A stretch of DNA of 58,497 bases, taken from IMG/VR virus record IMGVR_UViG_3300004265_000001, positions 1 to 58,497 of that record. One strand, given 5' to 3'. Origin of the DNA: a virus (Duplodnaviria > Caudoviricetes). The notes under the pieces were generated by a model. The model made no database searches. It saw only the letters and a list, made by a program, of their open reading frames with translations, and was not told the origin of the DNA. Shown here in pieces: positions 1 through 7,620 of the stretch. A program made the translations under genes and the position numbers. Numbering within the stretch: position 1 is the stretch's first letter; every line of letters begins with the position of its first letter.

Positions 1-60
1 ACACAGGATCAAATCGAGTGCCTTTGGCTTGTTCCATAAACTCAGGCGAAAAATCACCAC
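1..60. repeat. Terminal direct repeat (circular assembly overlap), copy 1
   Basis: Bases 1-60 (acacaggatc...aaatcaccac) are identical to 58438-58497, and an ORF reads in frame through the junction. Confidence 0.95.
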
Positions 61-457
61 CACCAGCAACACGGTTATATTCAATAGGTGCAATTGAAGC
101 TAGGTTTCTATCTTCTTCAACACGCTTATCTTTAGCAATTTGCCAATTTAAATTAGTATTAAGCCGATCTTCTTGACGGCCGGCTCTATCTTCTTGACGG
201 CCTAGGCGCTTCTCTTGTGATACTGCTCGCTGCTCTTGAGATCCTAGGCGTTCTGCTTCAAGCTCTCTTAAAGATAGGTTTTGCTTGTGAGACTGTTCAT
301 CACGCTTATCTTTTTCTTGAGCTCTTTTTTCAGCAGACTGCCTAAGATTCATTAGGCTATCGCTTTCTTCTGCCTGACGCTCTTGCTGCTTAATTTGCAT
401 ACCTAGTTGGGAACCTTGAATGAACCCCTGCGCTAGTGATCCTAATGAGCCTGCCAT
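1..457 (-). CDS. N-terminal part of an origin-spanning ejection (DNA transfer) protein, about 458 aa in total
   Basis: ATG at 457-455 with an upstream aaggtg RBS. It reads MAGSLGSLAQGFIQGSQLGMQIKQQERQ... and is in frame (420 nt) with the Met at 37, which equals position 58474 of ORF 57518..58474. It lies among the ejection genes. Confidence 0.8.
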   Translation of the reverse strand, partial: MAGSLGSLAQGFIQGSQLGMQIKQQERQAEESDSLMNLRQSAEKRAQEKDKRDEQSHKQNLSLRELEAERLGSQEQRAVSQEKRLGRQEDRAGRQEDRLNTNLNWQIAKDKRVEEDRNLASIAPIEYNRVAGGGDFSPEFMEQAKGTRFDPV

Positions 458-472
458 AAATACACCTTTAAA

Positions 473-501
473 TTGATAATAATGTTTACTTATTCTACAC
501 T
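473..501 (+). promoter_or_regulatory. Sigma70-like promoter for the structured leader and HNH remnant
   Basis: TTGATA (473-478), 17-nt spacer, TACACT (496-501), immediately upstream of the RNA stem at 506. Confidence 0.65.
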
Positions 502-505
502 AGAT

Positions 506-586
506 TTGTGCCTAGGGTAGCTCCCGAAAACCTTCCTCGTAATAGGCTGGCACAACACTTCAATTACGAGTCACACTTACGAGGTG
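506..586 (+). ncRNA. c4-antisense-like structured RNA leader with downstream target sites (copy A)
   Basis: Outer stem TTGTGCC (506-512)/GGCACAA (549-555). Inner hairpins GGG-TAGCT-CCC and CCT-TCCTCGTAAT-AGG. The loop is complementary to ATTACGAG (563-570) and TTACGAGG (577-584, the RBS). Confidence 0.65.
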
Positions 587-589
587 TAT

Positions 590-749
590 ATGAACATAAA
601 ATCAAAAAAGCTAATCACCTGCGATATTGTTAGATCAATAATAGATTATAATGAAGAAACCGGATTGTTCACTTGGAAGTCCAGCTCTGGCGCAAGAAAA
701 AAAGTACGGATACCACAAAAACCACGGTAGCATCCGCCCTCTTTATTAA
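590..749 (+). pseudogene. Internally deleted HNH/AP2-type homing endonuclease remnant
   Basis: 590..730 encodes MNIKSKKLITCDIVRSIIDYNEETGLFTWKSSSGARKK..., a typical HNH N-terminus (YxxETGxFxWK). A shifted frame ending at 749 gives KYGYHKNHG, a typical HNH-AP2 C-terminus. The nuclease core is absent. Confidence 0.65.
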
Positions 750-979
750 ATTAATGCATCAGCAAGTAAACCAATACCAACACCAATTGCAGCGCCAAGC
801 GGACCACCAACGGTACCACCAATAGCAGCACCAGTGCCAACAGCCCCCATCGTTCCCGCCTTTTCAGCAGACTTTTTTTGTTCGTTAGACATTTCACGTT
901 GCTGCTCAAGCGCCTCAGATTCTCCAATACCCTGAATTGCTTGACTTTTTAGCATTCTGTTTAGGTCTGTAAGTGCCAT
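746..979 (-). CDS. Small ejection/virion protein with a glycine-zipper C-terminus
   Basis: 77 aa with a GAVGTGAAIGGTVGGPLGAAIG membrane-type glycine zipper. Coupled to neighbouring genes in the ejection cluster. Confidence 0.65.
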   Translation of the reverse strand: MALTDLNRMLKSQAIQGIGESEALEQQREMSNEQKKSAEKAGTMGAVGTGAAIGGTVGGPLGAAIGVGIGLLADALI

Positions 980-1356
980 TAGTTACCACCTTGAAGTTGT
1001 GATGCCATCGATCCTGAAGCACCTAAAATTGATTGCTCTCTAAGATCTCTATTAAATAATCTTAACTCGTTTTCTGCACCAGCTTGCGCCTTAGCTTTTG
1101 AAAGCTCGGTTTGCTTTAGTGCTGATTGGCTTGGTGCGGAATCAACACCAATGCGTTCAAGTTGTGATGTTTGGTTTGCTTGCTGAAGATTAAATGCTGA
1201 TTCTGTTTGACCAGGCACCAGCGCTAAAGAATCTTCAAGACGTTTTCCAGAGGCAAGATCAGAAGTAAGGCCTTCTAGAATAGGCAGGTATGACTGCTTA
1301 TATCGGTCCCACATTGATCGAGCAAGTTTAGCTTGTGTTAGGTCAGCGATACTCAT
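979..1356 (-). CDS. Putative internal virion (ejection) protein
   Basis: 125 aa, Q/S/A-rich and helical. Start and stop overlap the neighbouring genes. Confidence 0.6.
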   Translation of the reverse strand: MSIADLTQAKLARSMWDRYKQSYLPILEGLTSDLASGKRLEDSLALVPGQTESAFNLQQANQTSQLERIGVDSAPSQSALKQTELSKAKAQAGAENELRLFNRDLREQSILGASGSMASQLQGGN

Positions 1357-1964
1357 TAGTCAGTTACTCCAAATTTAGCCGCATGTTGCGCGTCAAACTC
1401 TGCCTTAGTCGGCTTACTACCATAATAACCAGCAGCAGCACCGCCAATTGTACCGGCTAGTTGTCGTAGTCCTGCATTCTCTTGCTGTTGAAGTTGTGCT
1501 TCAGTATTGGCCTTTGATGCTGCTCGTCTTGCCACATCTGATAAGCTTGATTGTGCTTCAGTAGCATCACCAGATCCAATGCGTAAAAGGTTAAGCTCTT
1601 TGTTTACTAGGTTACCCTGCAAACCTGCTTCGCCTTCAACTTCTGATGCTGCTCTAGACTCGCCACCAGCACGAGAAATATTAGATAAGCTTTCTGTAAA
1701 CTTGCCAGAAGAAGGATCAACACCGCCAGCCGCTAAGCTTTTCAATGTGCTGTCAGTAGCTTCAGCAAATTTCTTTTGAGTATTAACACCTATGGCACCT
1801 GATACCTGATTTCTTTGGGTATCAGTAACACCACGCTTTGTGTCAACAATCATCATATCCTCAAGCGGCTGCAAACTTTGCTGAGAAATAGCCCATTTCT
1901 CAGTTGCAATTTTTGCCATTTCCTTTGAATACTCGGTCTCTTTTACATCATCTACGCCGCCCAT
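1356..1964 (-). CDS. Putative internal virion (ejection) protein
   Basis: 202 aa with an MGG N-terminus and a GTIGGAAAGY C-terminal segment, typical of podovirus injection proteins. Position fits. Confidence 0.65.
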   Translation of the reverse strand: MGGVDDVKETEYSKEMAKIATEKWAISQQSLQPLEDMMIVDTKRGVTDTQRNQVSGAIGVNTQKKFAEATDSTLKSLAAGGVDPSSGKFTESLSNISRAGGESRAASEVEGEAGLQGNLVNKELNLLRIGSGDATEAQSSLSDVARRAASKANTEAQLQQQENAGLRQLAGTIGGAAAGYYGSKPTKAEFDAQHAAKFGVTD

Positions 1965-1975
1965 AATGCCACCTT

Positions 1976-2338
1976 TTACAATTCAATAATCCAGCTTGAT
2001 AATAGTTCGCCTTGTTCAAGTTTAGCCCAACCGCAATTCGCCGCCATCTTTTCCAAAGCCTTATTAGCAGTTGAAAACGTGATGTACTTTGCGCCTATTT
2101 CCGCAGCCCTAGCAGAAACAAAGCTATAACCAAACATAAAGCCGTTTTTTCTTTCAGAGTATGCGCACTCAATTTGAACACACAAACATTCATCAATAGT
2201 TCTAACTTTTAAAACAACAAAGCAATCATTAAAGCTAAAAAGGAACGCATCACCATTATTGCATTCTTTGATTATTTTATCTGCAAGTTCAGGATCACCA
2301 ATTGAACTAGCTATATCATGTATTTTTTTTGCAATCAT
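1976..2338 (-). CDS. Hypothetical protein, possibly GNAT-fold (tail/core assembly position)
   Basis: 120 aa with an ARAAEIGAKYITFST...GW pattern resembling acetyltransferase-fold proteins found between tail and ejection genes. Confidence 0.5.
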   Translation of the reverse strand: MIAKKIHDIASSIGDPELADKIIKECNNGDAFLFSFNDCFVVLKVRTIDECLCVQIECAYSERKNGFMFGYSFVSARAAEIGAKYITFSTANKALEKMAANCGWAKLEQGELLSSWIIEL

Positions 2339-2347
2339 TAACTGCCC

Positions 2348-4810
2348 TTATGATTTAAATACTGCATACTTTGCTGTTTGTGCTGGAAGATATGGCGGTA
2401 CAGGCTGTGTTGGGAATGGATTGCTTCCATCATTAAACCCTGATGTTTGCTCACCAGAAGTAGCTTGAACAACTATAGTTGCAGCAGTATTAGCCGGCAA
2501 AGTTATAAAGTATGGAGCTAATGGGATAGTAGCAAGCCCAGTATAAATAGTAGCGCCATTGTACAGGTATTTTATTTTTGGCTCATAGTTGTAGCCATAG
2601 AAAATAAATGATGGCATTTCAATTTTTCTGGTTAAATTCTGAGGTGCAATATAAAATGAAAAAATCGTTATATATTGATTTTTAACAAAATAATTACCAA
2701 AATTACCTTTTTCAGCAATTGTAACAAGCTCTGCCTTGTAAACATCACCAACTATTTTATTAGCATAGATTGTCCCTTTAACGTTGCAGTTTTCCTCAAT
2801 GGTAACGTTATTAAACACGCCAGCATTTGCGTTTATCGTTCCCGTTACCGTTGCATTACTCATGGTCCCATAGTTTGCTTCCATGTTACCGTTAGCATCA
2901 ACAGTAAACCGGCTACCTATCTCAATTGTTCCACCCTTTATTTTTGGCGCGGTAAGCGTTGCAGAAGCTTTTATGTTGTCGGCAATAACATCACCGGCAA
3001 CAAGATCTTGTATTTTTGCTGCCTTGATATAAGCCGTATCAATAAATACTCCATTAGCAGTAACAATAAATGGATAAACAACTGCGTTAGATCCTTGGCT
3101 GCCTACTGAGAATTGATCCGCAATAATTGTACATTGAGATTTACCGCCTGAAATGGTTAACCCTATACCCGCTGTTATTGCGCCAACACTGGCTTTAATT
3201 CCCCACAATGCCTTGTAAGCTGTAGAACCATCAGCATTGATAGTCGCTATGGTTTGTGTATTTTGGCTAACGCTAGCAGTTAAGCTTCCTGCCGTACTTT
3301 CTACCGTAGTCAGTCGTTGTGACATTGATGTTATTGACTGAGTATTTGTATTAGCAGTATTGGTTACTGTCACAATAGTTTGTGAGTTAGTTGTTATGCT
3401 ACTAGTGTGACCTGCAACAGTGGCACTAAGACTATTAACCGTTTCTGAAACTGCCGTTATCTGTGTTGCATTCGAGTTAGCTTTGTTACTAACCTGAACA
3501 AGTGTTTGTGACTGAGTTTGTATATTTGCGGTATTGCCGCTGATCGCTGATTGCTGAGTATTAACCGTATTTGTAAGCGATGTAATGCTACTAGAATTTT
3601 GGTCGGCCTTATTACCAACTAGCACTAGAGTCTGGCCCTGACTAGTGATAGAAGCTGTATTAAGGTTAATCTTGGACTCTTGTGCATTTATTGAAGTGGT
3701 AATAGATGCAATAGCAGCATCGGTACTAGCATCAAGATCGCCTATTGCAAGTATCGCTCCATCAATCTGACTTCCTTGTTGGACTAACGTTTGCGACTGA
3801 TTAGTGATTGCAGCTATGTTGCCGTTGATATCTGAACGCTGAGCATTTATTACTTGAGTTAATGACTCTAGTGATTGGTTTGTCTCTGAGTCCAAAGTGA
3901 CAATAGCGTTTTTTGTCTCTTGTATCTGGGCAAGGTTATCACCAATGCTTGCAGTGATAGTTAGTATTTGTTGAGCCTGAGCTTCAATATCAGTAACTAT
4001 CACCTTTTGTTCAAGCTTAATTTCTGCAACAGCTTTACGCCGTTTAATGCCTTCAGAATCAACACCGGTAGCAGCTTCAAGGGCTGCTTCCTCAAGGATA
4101 TCAGCGCTTACAGATAAAATATCCATGCGATCATTGAAGTTAACGACCTTTCCATCAACGTTTTTTATTTCTTGCGAGTTAAGCTTAGTTAGATCATCAA
4201 CATTTTGAATATAAGTATTATAAACAGGTGTCATAAACGTTGTATCAATCTGCCCTCTAAGCTGATCAAGCAAGTCGCCTATGTCTGCCTGAGTCTCACC
4301 CCTTACACCATTTGTTGATTGAACCGGACCTTTAATATCTAGACGGTTAACAAATCTTACCCAATAGTAAACAATCTTACTTCCACCAACCTGGTCACTA
4401 TATAAGTTTGCTGCAGTAGTCGATATCTTCACTGCTTGGCTAAAGTCGTCAGTATCAGCTCTCAACACTTCAGTGTAAGAGTGGCCGCTATAAGTTGGCT
4501 TGTTCCACTCAATTAAGATAGTTGAAAATCCACCAGAAGCAGACACTCCTTTAGGTACTTCCGGCGCTTCTACTAAACCTTCATCGGCACCACTTCCACC
4601 AGTACCAATGTTTACAGGAACAAAAACACCATTGGCACCCTTTCTCGAGGTTGCCAATCCCAAATCAAGAAGATCCCTAACAAGGACCGCTCGATCCATG
4701 CCATTACCACGCGCACCTCCCAATATCTCTAAGTTTTCATATATGACCTGAACCTTAGGATCTAGGCCACCTGTAGGGCGTGTTTGTCTTAACGAAGGTT
4801 TTGTGGCCAT
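2348..4810 (-). CDS. Tail fibre / host-specificity protein (Fn3-like domain, coiled-coil repeats, DUF1983-like region)
   Basis: 820 aa with YYWVRFVN (Fn3-like), long S/T/N/Q heptad repeats and IADQFSV...YPFIV...VFIDTAYIKAAKI (J/DUF1983-like). Confidence 0.75.
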   Translation of the reverse strand: MATKPSLRQTRPTGGLDPKVQVIYENLEILGGARGNGMDRAVLVRDLLDLGLATSRKGANGVFVPVNIGTGGSGADEGLVEAPEVPKGVSASGGFSTILIEWNKPTYSGHSYTEVLRADTDDFSQAVKISTTAANLYSDQVGGSKIVYYWVRFVNRLDIKGPVQSTNGVRGETQADIGDLLDQLRGQIDTTFMTPVYNTYIQNVDDLTKLNSQEIKNVDGKVVNFNDRMDILSVSADILEEAALEAATGVDSEGIKRRKAVAEIKLEQKVIVTDIEAQAQQILTITASIGDNLAQIQETKNAIVTLDSETNQSLESLTQVINAQRSDINGNIAAITNQSQTLVQQGSQIDGAILAIGDLDASTDAAIASITTSINAQESKINLNTASITSQGQTLVLVGNKADQNSSSITSLTNTVNTQQSAISGNTANIQTQSQTLVQVSNKANSNATQITAVSETVNSLSATVAGHTSSITTNSQTIVTVTNTANTNTQSITSMSQRLTTVESTAGSLTASVSQNTQTIATINADGSTAYKALWGIKASVGAITAGIGLTISGGKSQCTIIADQFSVGSQGSNAVVYPFIVTANGVFIDTAYIKAAKIQDLVAGDVIADNIKASATLTAPKIKGGTIEIGSRFTVDANGNMEANYGTMSNATVTGTINANAGVFNNVTIEENCNVKGTIYANKIVGDVYKAELVTIAEKGNFGNYFVKNQYITIFSFYIAPQNLTRKIEMPSFIFYGYNYEPKIKYLYNGATIYTGLATIPLAPYFITLPANTAATIVVQATSGEQTSGFNDGSNPFPTQPVPPYLPAQTAKYAVFKS

Positions 4811-6879
4811 TAACTTTTAAGCTCCTGCTTTGAAGTCGCTAACTTTATACTTTCAATTCTTGACGTTGAAGTTAATTCAAACTGCCATTTGTCGCCACGT
4901 ATAGCCGGAAGCGTGAAAGTCTTTACTACTGATCCAACTAGCTTATCCATGACTGCAATACCATCCACAATAAGCTTAAACCCTACCTTGTCCAAGTCAT
5001 CAGCTATAATTCTGCAACAAGAAAAAGATTGAGATATCGCGGTATACTCTTTAGATTTCCAAGTTAATAGCTTTGCATTGGCACCACCTCTGAAATGAAG
5101 CACCTTGCCATCTTTTACAAGATAAAGCGTATCGTCCTTTGGGTCAGTAAATCCTGTTTGCCAATCTTCACTTAGCTGTCTAAAGTCGCCTTCGATCAAA
5201 TCAAATATAAAGGCACCATTACTATGAATAGCAATATATTTGCTTTCATGGCGATACCCTTCAATAGTGGTCGGGTCCAACATTTCTCGCCATTGCATAG
5301 GCTTAATAATGTTTTCCGTGGCCATGCGAACGCCATCAGGCGCAATAGCGACTAAACCATCAGGGCAAGCATACACAACAGCAGGGCCAATATTGACCAT
5401 CGATCGCTTAGATACACAGGCTTGTGCTATTTCAAGTTTTTGACCGGCAATGTTAGCAGGGCTAATGCCAGTATAAATATATGGGTCACCTTTTGTGCCA
5501 ACAACTAAGCTTGTTCCAATAGGTTCAATAGCAACAATGTCGTAATCAATTGAGAAGCGATATTCTTCAGGCCAAGCATAAGGCAGGTAAACTTCAGAAA
5601 ATAAAACCTGATTATCTAAGAATCCCGCACATATCCCATTAGCCATAGAGCAAAGCCCAAGCATTTCATCAGGCGGCATTGAAAATGTTTCAGTATCAAG
5701 CAATGCACCTAATTGGCCATCAGAGATCCTATCAATATAAGAGGCTTGGCTTATCGGAAGGTCTGCCACTCGCTGAAACTCAGATAGGCCGGCTCCAGTA
5801 ACTGTTCTGTAAATTCTTACTCTCTGAATATTACTTCTATTAGTACCTGGCGGCTGAAGCAATAACTCAACTTCTCCAACATCAGGATTAGCTTCACCGG
5901 TTGATCCACCATTGGCAATAGCTATTGATACATAACCTCCTAATGCAAGCTTTGCATGGTCAATAGTGATAGATATGTTTATCTTTCCATTGCTTATTTC
6001 ACTAGGAATGATGATGCCGTCATTATCTGTATCACTGGTAACCTCAACAATTGGTGCATCAGGAACAGGAGGATTAGCGCCACCGGTACCGCTTGGAGTA
6101 GGACCAACAATAATCGTAGCAAATCCAGAAGAAGATCTAACGCCTACATGGTCCATTTGCGAACAGGTAACATCAAGGCTATTACCATCAGCCGGAGCTG
6201 TTTCAGACCAAGTAATAATGCCGTCACCATTCCCATTCACATCAACATTTTTTGTGTAAGTGAAACCAAGAACAGCATTGCCCTCATTGTTTACAACTCT
6301 TATTTCAGTACCTTCATAGCTAATGGTGATATTACGCAAAGTGCCAGGATCTAACTCAACGCCAACAGGCGCACACTCTACTCTTGCTGAAACGCTACTG
6401 GGCTGGCCTTCTTCACCAATACCGGTTACATAAGTTATTAAGTAAAATATTGATACTGCACTTTCAACATCAATAGCCGGTGTAAACGAGTTAACAATAG
6501 GTGCGTTTTCTGGTGCAGGTATACCAAGTTGATAGCTGGTAGCCGGCAATCGTCCTACACCATTAAAGATAGTGTTGTAAGTGACTTTAGGATAATTGCC
6601 ATCAGTCCAATAGACACGGCGATATGGGTCACGAGCAATAGGGCTTTTCATAACATCAACATCATTAGCCCAAGTAAATAGGTATTGGTCCTCGTACATA
6701 AAAAGCGTTTTACTATTAATTGGAACAGTATCGCCAGTATCAAAATCTTCATTGATGGGGTTTAATGTTCCATCATCAAAATGACAATCCATAGCCACTA
6801 CTGCCGCAGTATCTGGCAGTAAGTTTGCAGCATAACTAGGAATTTCACCTTTGAACGTATCGAGCCTGATCATTGTCAT
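4810..6879 (-). CDS. Tail nozzle / stabilisation protein (tubular protein B-like) with an Ig-like insertion
   Basis: 689 aa with FKGEIP N-terminus and FSEVYLPYAWP and QACVSKRSMV...YACPDGLV motifs typical of podovirus nozzle proteins. Confidence 0.75.
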   Translation of the reverse strand: MTMIRLDTFKGEIPSYAANLLPDTAAVVAMDCHFDDGTLNPINEDFDTGDTVPINSKTLFMYEDQYLFTWANDVDVMKSPIARDPYRRVYWTDGNYPKVTYNTIFNGVGRLPATSYQLGIPAPENAPIVNSFTPAIDVESAVSIFYLITYVTGIGEEGQPSSVSARVECAPVGVELDPGTLRNITISYEGTEIRVVNNEGNAVLGFTYTKNVDVNGNGDGIITWSETAPADGNSLDVTCSQMDHVGVRSSSGFATIIVGPTPSGTGGANPPVPDAPIVEVTSDTDNDGIIIPSEISNGKINISITIDHAKLALGGYVSIAIANGGSTGEANPDVGEVELLLQPPGTNRSNIQRVRIYRTVTGAGLSEFQRVADLPISQASYIDRISDGQLGALLDTETFSMPPDEMLGLCSMANGICAGFLDNQVLFSEVYLPYAWPEEYRFSIDYDIVAIEPIGTSLVVGTKGDPYIYTGISPANIAGQKLEIAQACVSKRSMVNIGPAVVYACPDGLVAIAPDGVRMATENIIKPMQWREMLDPTTIEGYRHESKYIAIHSNGAFIFDLIEGDFRQLSEDWQTGFTDPKDDTLYLVKDGKVLHFRGGANAKLLTWKSKEYTAISQSFSCCRIIADDLDKVGFKLIVDGIAVMDKLVGSVVKTFTLPAIRGDKWQFELTSTSRIESIKLATSKQELKS

Positions 6880-6888
6880 GTTAATGCC

Positions 6889-7587
6889 TTAATCGTTTTG
6901 TGTAGGCACAGGAAAAAATCCAAGTCTAAAAGGAACCCATACAGAATAAAAATCATCTATGTTTGAGCTTGTAAGTAAAACTTTATTGCCATTATCAAAG
7001 TCCCACATTACATCGCTGCCGGACCTGATTAAAGACTCAGCAGCACCTAGCCCCCACATATCTTCTTTTGTTGCTGAACACATCACACCATTAAACTCAA
7101 CGCCTTCTAGCTTTTTGATTCTATCAATCTCAGCTTTAGGCTTTGGCTCAGTATCATGCACTCTGTTAATGATAAACAAATCATCATCAATAGTATCAAC
7201 AAAAGTGGCTAACGGGTTTTCTGTATTGCTAATAGGGGCAATGATTACCTGGTAATGCTTTCGGTAGCTTTCGATATCGATAATAGGACGAGTTGGCTTA
7301 GTTAATGGCTGGTACTCTTCATTGTCCTTATTATCAAGTTGGTCTTGCTCCCACAAGGCAAGTTCATCAACCCAAGATAAATAACCATCATGGTTAACAA
7401 CAAAATAGTCCCACTCAATAGCTTTGCGTAAAGCAGCATCGATTACAGCCCTTGAATGCCGCAAGCCAAACGACTGCATTACATCATCAAACAAAACCTT
7501 GTCACGCTCGATTAAGGAAACCGTATTTTCTACAACTTCATAAAACTCACGAATTTCAACAGGTACATCTTCTAGTGATTTATACAT
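6889..7587 (-). CDS. Tail fibre-associated / assembly chaperone protein
   Basis: 232 aa directly downstream of the tail fibre. C-terminal GVEFNGVMCSATKEDMWGL...FDNGNKVLLT resembles fibre chaperone domains. Confidence 0.55.
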   Translation of the reverse strand: MYKSLEDVPVEIREFYEVVENTVSLIERDKVLFDDVMQSFGLRHSRAVIDAALRKAIEWDYFVVNHDGYLSWVDELALWEQDQLDNKDNEEYQPLTKPTRPIIDIESYRKHYQVIIAPISNTENPLATFVDTIDDDLFIINRVHDTEPKPKAEIDRIKKLEGVEFNGVMCSATKEDMWGLGAAESLIRSGSDVMWDFDNGNKVLLTSSNIDDFYSVWVPFRLGFFPVPTQND

Positions 7588-7620
7588 AAAGTTAAAAGGA
7601 AATTACTCTCCAAATCTCCA

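Noticed and set aside
506-555. Cloverleaf-like RNA as a tRNA
   Set aside because: It is too short and lacks the T-loop (GTTCRA), D-loop and CCA end. I saw no tRNA genes in the window.
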